This document shows, piece after piece, positions 17,052 through 25,734 of a stretch of DNA of 32,000 bases (the first letter of the stretch is position 1; each line of letters begins with the position of its first letter). The DNA lies in contig CAVTDY010000009.1 in assembly GCA_963733605.1 (NCBI GenBank), forward strand, positions 1 to 32,000, read 5' to 3'. The notes under the pieces are model-generated. The model had not been told where the DNA came from and ran no database searches. It was given only the letters and a program-made list of their open reading frames with translations. The position numbers were made by a program, and so were the translations under genes. This DNA comes from an uncultured Actinomycetota bacterium. GTDB taxonomy: Bacteria; Actinomycetota; Actinomycetes; Mycobacteriales; Mycobacteriaceae.

Positions 17052-18285
17052 CTACAGCCCCAAAGCCGCCTTCGCGAGAATGTTCCGCTGAATTTCGTTG
17101 CTGCCGGCGTAGATCGAGCCGGCCCTGTCGTTGAAGTAGCGCAACGGTGCGACCGCCTGCCACGCGTCGCCGCTGACGTAGCCGTCCGGCGGCGGCTCGA
17201 ACTCGGGCACTGGTCCTCCCGGCCACGTCGCGTGCGGTTGATAGACCCGTCCGCGCAGACCGGCGGCCTCCATCGCCAGTTCGGTGAGCGACTGACTCAG
17301 CTCGGTGGCCAGCACCTTGAGCATCGAGGACGCCGCCCCGGGATTCTTGCCCTCCGCCACCGCGGCCAGCACCCGGTACTCGAGAATCTCCAGAACTTCG
17401 GTGCGGATGCGGGCGTCGGCCAGCTTGCTGCGCGAACGCCGGGTCGTCGCTCAGCCGCCCGCCGCCGGGGGCAGGCTGGTCGGCGGACACGGCGGCGATC
17501 TCTTCGGCCATCACCTGCAGCGCCGGGGAGGCTGCGCCGCCGCCACGTTCGAACTCCAACAGATACTTCGCGACGGTCCAGCCGTCATCGATCTGGCCGA
17601 GCACATTGGACTTCGGCACCCGGACCTCATCGAAGAACACCTGGTTCTGGATCTCCTCGCCCGACGTCATCACCAGCGGGCGGATCTGAATTCCCGGCGA
17701 CGCCATGTCGATCAGCACGAACGTGATGCCCTGCTGCTTCTTCGCCGTCCGTGCTGTGCGCACCAGGCCGAACATCCAGTTCGCTTCGCCGGCGTGCGTG
17801 GTCCATATCTTGCTGCCGGTACATACCAAGTCGTCGCCGTCGTCGACCGCCGCCATCGACAGCGCCGCCAGGTCCGAGCCCGCCTCGGGTTCGGAGTAGC
17901 CCTGACAGAAGAACACCTCGCCGGTCAGGATCCGCGGCAAGTAGAACTGCTTCTGCGCGTCCGTGCCGAATTTGATGATCGCGTGGGCGACCATCCGGAT
18001 GCCCATCGGCGACAGCGACGGAGCCCCGGCCAGCGTCGACTCGCGGCTGAAGATGTAGTGCTGGGTCAGGCTCCAGTCGCAGCCGCCGTACTCGACCGGC
18101 CAGGCCGGCGCCGCCCAGCCGCGTTCGTGCAGGATCCGCTGCCACTCCATGCTGGCCTCGTGATCGGCATACACGCTTGTCATGAGGCGCCCCGCCTGCC
18201 GAAGCTCGGGCGTCAGTTTTTCCTGCAGGAAGGTGCGCACGTCATCGCGGAACGCTGAGTCGGTCGCCGACCACGTCAGGTCCAT
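17052..18285 (-). pseudogene. Acyl-CoA dehydrogenase (first of an adjacent pair), one +1 frameshift
   Basis: ATG 18285 gives MDLTWSATDSAFRDDVRTFL...CQGYSEPEAGSDLAAL...LSDDPAF. The protein then continues as KLADARIRTEVLEILEYRVLAAVAEGKNPGAASSMLKV...SNEIQRNILAKAALGL only in the frame of track ORF 17052..17372. The shift is at about 17431-17434. The span is 1234 nt, which is 3n+1. Confidence 0.85.
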
Positions 18286-18295
18286 CAGTCCCCCA

Positions 18296-18320
18296 TGTCT
18301 GCCGGAGCGTAATGCAGACA
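18296..18320. promoter_or_regulatory. Inverted repeat TGTCTGC-N11-GCAGACA in the fadE/PAS divergent region
   Basis: 7-bp perfect arms located 11 nt upstream of the ACAD start codon. Candidate operator only. Confidence 0.3.
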
Positions 18321-18377
18321 GAGTAAACCTAGTTAGTTACCTGGGCGACGGCAGGGCGCTGCCTCATCCGGTTCTCG

Positions 18378-18815
18378 GTGACGAGGCAGGCGACAACCGC
18401 AATAATCGGGAGCGTGGAGCGGCGACGAGACGGTCAGGACAGACAATCCCCGATGGCCCTCCTCAAGGAGCTGCCCGCACTGGTCGTGCTGGACCGCTTT
18501 CCGGTGCCCGTGCTGGCCATCGCGGAGGATGGCACCATCCTGTTCGCCAACGAGGCATTCGCCGACATGCTCGGCTATTCAGCCGAAGCGATCACGTCGT
18601 TGAAGTTCCGGCAGATTTTCCACACCCTGCCCGCCGATGAATCTGCCGTGTCTGTCGTGCGGGCCCACGCGGATCTGGTCGTCGAGCTGGTGCATCAGGA
18701 CGGCTCCATCGTTCGCGCCCGGATGAGCAAGTCCGCCCTACTCCGCGGAGACGACCCGGTGGCGTTGGCGACGTTTCAAGACTTGACCGAGCGATTGTGG
18801 GTCGACGAACTGTAA
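18378..18815 (+). CDS. Stand-alone PAS-domain protein
   Basis: FPVPVLAIAEDGTILFANEAFADMLGYSAEAITSLKFRQIF...LVHQDGSIVRARM is a PAS fold pattern. The start is uncertain: GTG 18378 or ATG 18453. Confidence 0.7.
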   Translation: MTRQATTAIIGSVERRRDGQDRQSPMALLKELPALVVLDRFPVPVLAIAEDGTILFANEAFADMLGYSAEAITSLKFRQIFHTLPADESAVSVVRAHADLVVELVHQDGSIVRARMSKSALLRGDDPVALATFQDLTERLWVDEL

Positions 18816-18824
18816 TTTCTCGAG

Positions 18825-19484
18825 TTACTCGGCCAGCGACGCAGAGGAGTGCCGCATCGCCTCGCGTGCGAGAAACTCGTCGAAGTACGCCAGCGACTCC
18901 TGGCTCACAATCGCCGGCAGCAGCACCTTCCACATCCGGGTTACGCGCTGCAACACATCGGCTCCTGCCGATGTGGCATTCGCCAGTAGTTCGGCCCCCA
19001 GCATCGAGCCGAGGATCATCTCGCTGACCGCCTGCGGATCGAGATCGCCGCGAAGGTCGCCTTCGTCGATGGCTTGCCGGGTGCGCGCCGTCATCTCGGC
19101 CAACCAGCCGCCGTACGTGCGTGCGGCCGCGTCGTTGAACTCACCGAAGGCGCGCAAGAGTTGTGTTCCGCTACGGGCGATCTGGTCGGTGCTCAGCAGG
19201 TCTGTGACGACGAATACTCCGTGGATGATAATTTCCAGCGCCGGTGCTGAGGAGTCCGTGATGCTCCGAAACGCCTGGACGAGGTGAGCACTGCCCTCTT
19301 CGATGATCGCTGTCGCGAGCGACTGCTTTGAGTCGAAGTGGTAATAGAGGGCGCCCTTCGTCATCTCCGCGCGCTCGATGATGTCGCCCAATCCGGTAGC
19401 TGGATAGCCGATTTCGTTGAACAGCTCGACTGCGGACGTGATGATCTTCCTACGGGTGGCCTCGGATCGCGCTTGGCGCACCAT
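18825..19484 (-). CDS. TetR-family transcriptional regulator
   Basis: 219 aa. The HTH reads GYPATGLGDIIERAEMTKGALYYHFDSKQSLATAI, and GGAGG lies upstream of ATG 19484. Confidence 0.88.
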   Translation of the reverse strand: MVRQARSEATRRKIITSAVELFNEIGYPATGLGDIIERAEMTKGALYYHFDSKQSLATAIIEEGSAHLVQAFRSITDSSAPALEIIIHGVFVVTDLLSTDQIARSGTQLLRAFGEFNDAAARTYGGWLAEMTARTRQAIDEGDLRGDLDPQAVSEMILGSMLGAELLANATSAGADVLQRVTRMWKVLLPAIVSQESLAYFDEFLAREAMRHSSASLAE

Positions 19485-19552
19485 TGTCCGAGCACCTCCG
19501 GAACTCCCGTCGGCCTACCCAGGGTGGCGATGGCCTGAAGGGCATCCTAAAT

Positions 19553-19587
19553 CATCCGCTCAAAACGGATCCATCCGCTCAAAAGGG
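19553..19587. repeat. Tandem 19-bp-period duplication CATCCGCTCAAAA(C/G)GG x2
   Basis: The copies are at 19553-19568 and 19572-19587, with 15 of 16 positions identical. The second copy contains the stop codon of the upstream TetR gene. The pair lies in the promoter region of the downstream TetR gene. Confidence 0.6.
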
Positions 19588-20241
19588 CGCCGCGTTCTTC
19601 AGCGCAACGGCTGTGCGCCGTTTGATGAACTGATTGAGGTAATCGATCCGCTCGGGCTTGACGAAACCCGGCAACACAAGCGCCCACATGTTCTCCAGGT
19701 CGGGTAGAAACCGCTCGGGCTCAGCCACATTGCTCGTCTGCCGCAGACCGAGGTACATCGACACCAGCAGGCTCGCAATGCCCTTAGGGTCGCGGTCGGA
19801 GATGATGTCGCCGTCTTTGACGGCCTTGCGAGCGATTGCGGCGAAGGCCGTCACCCACTGCCCTAGGAGATCTGCCTGGAGTCCGTCGGTGCGGCCAATG
19901 GACTGAAGCAGGTTCAAGCCGGCCCGAGCAGTTTCGTCGCCCATGTCCTCGATAGCGATGAGGAAGGAGATATCGATCATGGTTTCCAGGCCCGAGAGCT
20001 TTCGCGCCAGCAGCTGGTCGACCGAGGCTCGTGCCACCGCAGCGCGATACTCGATGATCGCCGACGCCAGCGCGTACTTGGACCGGAAGTGGAAGTACAT
20101 CGCGCCCTTGGTGACTTCAGCGTCGGCGAGGATGTCGTCCAGGCTGACCAAGCTGTACGACTTGCGTGCGAACTGGCGCGAAGCTGCGCGGAGAATCTGC
20201 AGCCGCGTGGTGTCCGCTCGTTTGTCGAGTTGTTCGGTCAC
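19579..20241 (-). CDS. TetR-family transcriptional regulator (tandem paralogue)
   Basis: 220 aa, starting at GTG 20241. The HTH reads SYSLVSLDDILADAEVTKGAMYFHFRSKYALASAI. The layout is the same as the neighbouring TetR. Confidence 0.88.
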   Translation of the reverse strand: MTEQLDKRADTTRLQILRAASRQFARKSYSLVSLDDILADAEVTKGAMYFHFRSKYALASAIIEYRAAVARASVDQLLARKLSGLETMIDISFLIAIEDMGDETARAGLNLLQSIGRTDGLQADLLGQWVTAFAAIARKAVKDGDIISDRDPKGIASLLVSMYLGLRQTSNVAEPERFLPDLENMWALVLPGFVKPERIDYLNQFIKRRTAVALKNAAPF

Positions 20242-20843
20242 TTGCGGACCTCGGAATCTGGACAGTGGCGCCGGTGGTCGGGTAATCGTGGTTTCCGTAA
20301 ATTAATCAATGGCCTGATTCTTTCACCTGCCGCCCATAAGAGGCAGATGCGCGCCGGATCTACACCGCAAACTCGTCGACGGCCCTCCGTGGTGCGCGTC
20401 ACGTGCGACCCCTGGGGCAAAGGAGTTAGCCAATACTCTAAGTCATTTTTTGGCCTGCATATCAGTCAAAAAGTATGTAAGGTACCGGATGTGATGACTC
20501 TTGGTCCGGTGGATGCCGGGCGGCCGCTGACGGCTGATTCCGAGGTCAGCGTGCCCGAGTCGGGATGGATTCCACTATCGGCCAGCAATTGCCAGTGGTA
20601 TTTTCATGCCGTTGCCATGGTCCGCGTTGGCAAACCCCCTCGAACCCCTGCGCGGGCTGTGGCAACTTCACGTCGGAGGCGGGCTGCAATCGCAAGGTCC
20701 GTCAAAATTGTTCGTCAAAATTCTGTCCAAAACGCACGCGGTTCCCACATGGCGCCGTCGGCGGCTTCCCATGCCACGCGGCGGCGAAGTCTGCGTAGTC
20801 GGTGTCGATGTCGGGCCATTTAGCAATACCGAGGTAATTAACG

Positions 20844-21779
20844 GTGATGTGGGACGAAGAAGTCGACGTCGTGAGCACCTGTTCGGGAATCGCCGGCCTG
20901 GCGCACGCCGTGGCCGTTGTGGACATGGGCGGTGATGTGTTCGTCGCCAGTTCACGCGGCGACGTCGCGCCAGGCGGGACATCTGTCGCGGTCCGTTCGC
21001 GGGTGGACCGGCTGCACTGGCTCGAGGTGGATGTTCCGGATCCGGAGACCAACGAGTATTTTGCTGCCCTGTCATCCGACCTTGGCCCGCTGACCCGGTC
21101 TGCAGGCGACGTCGACGTACCGATCAGGGTGGTGGAGCACGCGGAGCCGGTCGACCCGCGCGGTGCCGTTGCGCCGTTCGTCGGCGCCCATCTCAGGGAT
21201 TGGGCCGCGCGGTGCCTGGTGTCACCGTATGGATACCTCTACACGCGCGTGTCTGATTGGCGGTCGACCACGTTGCGCACCATCGACGGCGAGTCGCTTG
21301 AAGTCGCCGAAATCGGCTCGATCACACCTGATCCCGCCAATGTCGGCGGCTCGGTGTTGGACTGGCTCGCCGCGCAGGCCCGAGACCGGCGTGTCGAGGT
21401 TCATCAGGCCACCTCGCTGCGGCGCATCGTGTTCGAGGACGGTGATGTGGTGGGTGCCGAGTTCGCGACACCGGATGGCCCGTTGGCCGTTCGCGCCCGC
21501 CACGGTGTGACGGTCGCCAGCGGCGGGCCACAGGTCTCGATCGCCGCTGGGCAACCCTTGCCCGCCGACGAAGTCACGCTTCGCGTGTGCCTGGTCGGCC
21601 AGACCGCCAGCCGCTTCGGTCGCGTCGAGCTGCTGACCTCCGAACCGCTCGCCATGGGGGCCGCTTCCACCTGCCGCCCGGTCAATCGTCACCTACATGC
21701 GCACCTGCGCGACACGCACAGTCCCCTACAGGCGTGGCGCTGCGGAAAAGTCAACCGGTATCCGTCCTCTGGCCAGTAA
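20844..21779 (+). CDS. Hypothetical protein with degenerate FAD-binding-like N-terminus
   Basis: The N-terminus WDEEVDVVSTCSGIAGLAHAVAVVDMGGDVFV resembles the start of KstD/fumarate-reductase-type flavoproteins, but the first Gly of GxGxxG is Cys. At 311 aa it is much shorter than such enzymes. The last 54 nt overlap the convergent GGDEF-EAL gene. Confidence 0.45.
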   Translation: MMWDEEVDVVSTCSGIAGLAHAVAVVDMGGDVFVASSRGDVAPGGTSVAVRSRVDRLHWLEVDVPDPETNEYFAALSSDLGPLTRSAGDVDVPIRVVEHAEPVDPRGAVAPFVGAHLRDWAARCLVSPYGYLYTRVSDWRSTTLRTIDGESLEVAEIGSITPDPANVGGSVLDWLAAQARDRRVEVHQATSLRRIVFEDGDVVGAEFATPDGPLAVRARHGVTVASGGPQVSIAAGQPLPADEVTLRVCLVGQTASRFGRVELLTSEPLAMGAASTCRPVNRHLHAHLRDTHSPLQAWRCGKVNRYPSSGQ

Positions 21780-23573
21780 TGCCTCCATCGCGTCGCCGAC
21801 GACGGGGCGCGACAACAGGAATCCCTGCGCGCGGTAACACCCGTGACGCAGCAATGTCAGCGCGGCGGTTTCGGTCTCAACTCCCTCGGCGACCAGTTGT
21901 AAGCCGAACGCCTCCGCTAACGCGATGATCGCCTTGACGATCGCGAGATCGCCGGGATCGGAGCCGAGGTCGCGGACGAACCCCTTGTCGATCTTGAGTG
22001 TGTCGACGGGAAGCGATTTCAGGTGCGACAGCACGCTATAGCCCGTGCCGAAGTCATCGATAGCAACCCTGACGCCGACCTGTTTGAGCCCGGCAAGCGT
22101 AATTCGAGTGGTCTCGATGTCTTGAACCACAACGTTTTCGGTGATCTCCAAACAAACCGACCCGCCGTCGAGACCGAATTCGGAGATGATGCCGGCGACC
22201 GATCCGACGAAGCCGTCGGTGACCAACTGAACCGGCGACACGTTGATACGCAGCACCGCGTCGTGTCCCACCCCGCGGGAGCGCCACCGGGCGAACTCTG
22301 CGCACGCCGATCGCATCACCCAGCGCCCCAATTCCCCTGCGAGATTTATCGATTCGGCCACACCGATGAACGAGTCAGGCGAGAGCAGTCCGCGAGTGGG
22401 ATGCTGCCAGCGCACCAGCGCCTCGGCGGCCAGGATCTCACCTGTGCGCATGTCGACCTCGGGCAGGTAATGCAACAGCAGTGAGCCGTCTTCGATCACA
22501 CTCTGCAGATGAAGTTCGATGTCGTTGCGAAACTCACTTTCCAGCGACATGTCGTCGGAGAACACCGCGACCTTGTTGCCGCCGGAGTTCTTGGCGGTGA
22601 GCACCGCCTGATCCGCACGGCGGAGAAGGTCTGATGTGGTGTCGCGACCCGGAACACCGAGTGCCACACCGATGCTCACCGTGCGCGTCAGCATCTCGCC
22701 GTCGATGGCCACCCGTTCGCACAGCATCGATTGCAGCCGGTAGGCCAGCGCTTCCGCGGTTCCGGTGTCCATCGGCGTCGCCGGTACGACGACGAACTCG
22801 TCGCCACCGAGCCGGGCGATCAGGTTCGGGCCGCCGGCGCCTTCTCGCAGTCGTTCGGCGAGGACGCGGATGAACGAGTCGCCGGCGGTATGTCCGAGAT
22901 AGTCGTTGATGGCCTTCAACCGGTCCAGGTCGAAGAACAACGCCGACACGGGTCCCGGCTGGCCTGCCGCGAGTCTGGTGTCGAGGTGTGCCAGCAGCGC
23001 GCGGCGGTTGTGCAGTCCGGTCAGGTCGTCATGTTCGGCGAGGTGGCGCAGCTGTTCCTCGGCAAGCACACGCGCCTGCACCTGCGCGAACAGCGAAGCG
23101 ATCGCCTTGAGCGCGTTGAGTTCCTCCGGTGACCAGTCGCGGTCTCCGAACTTGACGAAGCCGAGCACGCCCGTGGTGACGTCGCCGGACAGCAGTGGTA
23201 CACACGCCATCGACGTCGCCGGGATCTGCCTGCCTTCGTTGATCGTGCGCTGGTAGTCGTCGGTCGCCGGTTCTGGACGGAAAACGACGGGTTCCTTCTG
23301 ATGCTCAGCGAGCGCGAAGACCGGGTCAGCGTCGGCGAAGTAGACGACGCCGAGCGGGTCTGGGTCCGGGATGCCGGGACGGACCGGCCACTCGGCAACC
23401 AGTATCGAGGCGTGAACGTGGTGATCGTTGTGGCGCAGGAAGCTGACGTCGACGCCGAAGTACTCGACGAGGTCGGCCAGCACCCGTTGACTCACCTCGA
23501 CGGAGGTGGCCGCGTTCACCCCCATCAGTTGGGTAGCGACCGACGTGACGACCAGCTCCAGGCTGCTTGGCAC
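21726..23573 (-). CDS. GAF-GGDEF-EAL bifunctional c-di-GMP synthase/phosphodiesterase (Rv1354c-like)
   Basis: Intact motifs: HDDLTGLHNRR, ARLGGDEFVVV (GGDEF), EALVRWQHP (EAL), DDFGTGYS and QGFLLSRP. The N-terminal region of about 190 aa is GAF-like. I placed the start at GTG 23573 (GGAGGA-N4-GTG), 19 nt after the upstream stop. The 717-aa track ORF over-extends into the upstream gene. Confidence 0.92.
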   Translation of the reverse strand: MPSSLELVVTSVATQLMGVNAATSVEVSQRVLADLVEYFGVDVSFLRHNDHHVHASILVAEWPVRPGIPDPDPLGVVYFADADPVFALAEHQKEPVVFRPEPATDDYQRTINEGRQIPATSMACVPLLSGDVTTGVLGFVKFGDRDWSPEELNALKAIASLFAQVQARVLAEEQLRHLAEHDDLTGLHNRRALLAHLDTRLAAGQPGPVSALFFDLDRLKAINDYLGHTAGDSFIRVLAERLREGAGGPNLIARLGGDEFVVVPATPMDTGTAEALAYRLQSMLCERVAIDGEMLTRTVSIGVALGVPGRDTTSDLLRRADQAVLTAKNSGGNKVAVFSDDMSLESEFRNDIELHLQSVIEDGSLLLHYLPEVDMRTGEILAAEALVRWQHPTRGLLSPDSFIGVAESINLAGELGRWVMRSACAEFARWRSRGVGHDAVLRINVSPVQLVTDGFVGSVAGIISEFGLDGGSVCLEITENVVVQDIETTRITLAGLKQVGVRVAIDDFGTGYSVLSHLKSLPVDTLKIDKGFVRDLGSDPGDLAIVKAIIALAEAFGLQLVAEGVETETAALTLLRHGCYRAQGFLLSRPVVGDAMEALLARGRIPVDFSAAPRL

Positions 23574-23592
23574 CTGATCCTCCGTATCGGCG

Positions 23593-25734
23593 TCAGCCGA
23601 GTCGCGGCGAAACTCGGGGTAGTCCGCGCCGACGGCTAGGTACCGATGGTCGCGGTGCGCGACTAAACCTGAGTACCAACACCTGTGACTCACCTGCTTC
23701 GGTGTCGGCCAGCTTGCGGAAATTGTATTGCAGATCGCCGAGGTCCTCGGCGAAAGCGGGCGAGAGCTCGCGCAGATCCTCATCGTCGTGTGCATACAGA
23801 AACGCCGGTGAAACCGGTTGGACGGCAAGCCCATGCTGTTGTGCGCTGATCCACACCGATTCGGCGGCCGATCCACCACGTGCGTAGTCGGTCAAACTCT
23901 GGCCGAACACGGATATCACGCCGACGGCGGCGCTCGCGGTGACCCGCTCGTAGGTGTCGTCGCCAAGGGCGGTTCCGGCGTCCCACGCTGCCAGGTTCGC
24001 CATCACCTCCGATCGCCGCAGAATGTCGAGCATCACCACATGGGCTGCATCGAGTTCCAGGCTGCGCACGTCGATACCCGACTCCGGCGAGGGGTCGCCG
24101 GGCGAGCGAAGCTCCGCGAACATCTCCGCGTGCAGCCGTGGCGTCAGATAGCGGATGCGGTCGGCGGCGGCCAGAATCGCCGCTGCCCGGTCGACCTCCG
24201 TCGGACCGCAGTAAACCTGCAGCCGGGCGCCCTCGCTTCGGGCGGCCGAACCGAGCAGCTCAAGGGTTTGGGTGGGAATCGGGACACGATCGCCGCGGCG
24301 CCGGTTCGTCTCTCTACGCAGCATCGCCTCGTACAGGGCGGCGAGCTCTGGGTCATCGCCTGCCGATAAGTGCACCAGCACGCTGAGGGGCGATGCCTCA
24401 TCGCCTGGCTGAAAGTCCACATCGCCGATCAACCCGTGCGCCGCCGCGGCGACCCTGGCGTTGAAAGCTGCCGCTCCCAGCGCTACCGCACTTGCCCGGT
24501 ATGCGACGTCCATCGACGTCGTGCACTCGGGGGCCAGCCGAATGCTCACCGAACCATCCCGTGCCTCGATGTGCCAGGGCTGGGCATTCCCACCGGAGGG
24601 TGCGCGGACAGCTGCGGCGGCAACGATTTCAGAGGTTCCGGCCGGTTCGGTCTGTTCGATCGGCTCGTCGTTCGGTGGGTGTGCGGGTGCTAGCGCCGCC
24701 GGCTCGTCAAGGTCGTCCAGCACGGCTGCCGTGTCGATGCGCACCCTGCCTGACGGCAATTGCTCGCGCAGCCCAATGCGCCGTACCGCTTCGGCAACGA
24801 TGGCCGCGTTGAGGGCGACCTCCGACGAGAGCTGTGGCCAGGTCGACAAGGTATTGCCGACTTCGACCAGGGATGCGGCCATCCGCGGGGACAAATGTGC
24901 CGCATCGATGAATCGAAGGGCGTACGGCAGTTTGTCCCTGTTGCTCAGATTGGTGAGTTGGGAGCTATCAACATCGCGCAGCAGACCGTGCATGATCGGC
25001 CGGGAAGGCTCGATGTCGTACCTCTCCACATCGAGTAGGCCCCGGTCGCTGGTCGCCATCAGAACCGGCAGGCGTCGTGTCCTCGCGACCTCGCGGATGA
25101 GCACTTTCGCGTCGAGCGAGTCACACTCCTCGATGACGATGTCGAGGCCGTCGAGGAAGGCGCCAACAGACTCGACAGTGATGCCAGTCGGCACAACCGC
25201 CACCGGGAGGTACGGGTCGAGCTCGGCGATCCGCCTGGCGCATACCACGGCCTTGTTCACACCCAGATCGAAGACAGACGCGGGAACTCGATTCAGGTTG
25301 GACAGCTCCAAGTCATCGAAGTCGGTGAGCCGCAACTCACCGCACAAGCCTTGTGCGGCAAGGGTGTAGGCGATGGCATGCCCGACGCTGAGCCCAACGA
25401 CGCCGATGCGGAGCCGACCGAGGCGGTCAAGCTCGGCGGCGGTGATGAGATTTCTGTTTCGGTCAAGGCGCAGCAGTCGGAATGCGCGCGGACCCAGAAC
25501 ACTGACCACCGTCCTGCGCCACGGGTAGTACACCCACCGGATCGGCTCGGCGGCCACCTCAGGCTGCGGATCGGGTCGAAGCCGGTGCAGTCCGGCCTGC
25601 TGTTGGTGCACATTGTCGATGAACTCGATGCGCGGGTCGGCTCGCAGTTCTTGAAGGACAACGTTATCGACGGGATCGTCGGCGTCCAGGACTATTCCAT
25701 TGCACGGCTCTGCATCATGGATGCCTGACGTCAT
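23593..25734 (-). CDS. moeY: Rv1355c-family protein: ThiF/MoeB-type E1-like domain fused to Acg-type nitroreductase-like domains
   Basis: 713 aa. The E1-like Rossmann segment reads IGVVGLSVGHAIAYTLAAQGLCGELRLTDFDDLELSNLNR. The C-terminal half carries RAPSGGNAQPWHIEA and LRRETNRR, as in Rv2032/Rv3131-type proteins. The position next to the GGDEF-EAL gene matches M. tuberculosis Rv1355c. Confidence 0.88.
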   Translation of the reverse strand: MTSGIHDAEPCNGIVLDADDPVDNVVLQELRADPRIEFIDNVHQQQAGLHRLRPDPQPEVAAEPIRWVYYPWRRTVVSVLGPRAFRLLRLDRNRNLITAAELDRLGRLRIGVVGLSVGHAIAYTLAAQGLCGELRLTDFDDLELSNLNRVPASVFDLGVNKAVVCARRIAELDPYLPVAVVPTGITVESVGAFLDGLDIVIEECDSLDAKVLIREVARTRRLPVLMATSDRGLLDVERYDIEPSRPIMHGLLRDVDSSQLTNLSNRDKLPYALRFIDAAHLSPRMAASLVEVGNTLSTWPQLSSEVALNAAIVAEAVRRIGLREQLPSGRVRIDTAAVLDDLDEPAALAPAHPPNDEPIEQTEPAGTSEIVAAAAVRAPSGGNAQPWHIEARDGSVSIRLAPECTTSMDVAYRASAVALGAAAFNARVAAAAHGLIGDVDFQPGDEASPLSVLVHLSAGDDPELAALYEAMLRRETNRRRGDRVPIPTQTLELLGSAARSEGARLQVYCGPTEVDRAAAILAAADRIRYLTPRLHAEMFAELRSPGDPSPESGIDVRSLELDAAHVVMLDILRRSEVMANLAAWDAGTALGDDTYERVTASAAVGVISVFGQSLTDYARGGSAAESVWISAQQHGLAVQPVSPAFLYAHDDEDLRELSPAFAEDLGDLQYNFRKLADTEAGESQVLVLRFSRAPRPSVPSRRRGLPRVSPRLG

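Noticed and set aside
15925-18285. 786-aa ORF that looks like a giant fused acyl-CoA dehydrogenase
   Set aside because: The middle third is Arg/Gly-rich out-of-frame text. The ends belong to two separate ACAD genes with their own stop (TAG 17052) and start (ATG 17051). The ORF is open only because of frameshifts.
20089-20823. 244-aa plus-strand ORF crossing the TetR gene and the 600-bp gap
   Set aside because: The first part is antisense to a solid TetR gene. The remainder has mediocre GC3 and becomes Arg-rich. No domain pattern is visible.
23574-23879. N-terminal 102 codons of the 717-aa track ORF for the GGDEF-EAL protein
   Set aside because: This stretch overlaps the 3-prime end of the upstream gene by about 290 nt. 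The extension has no domain content. A GTG with a GGAGGA SD at 23573 gives the expected N-terminus.
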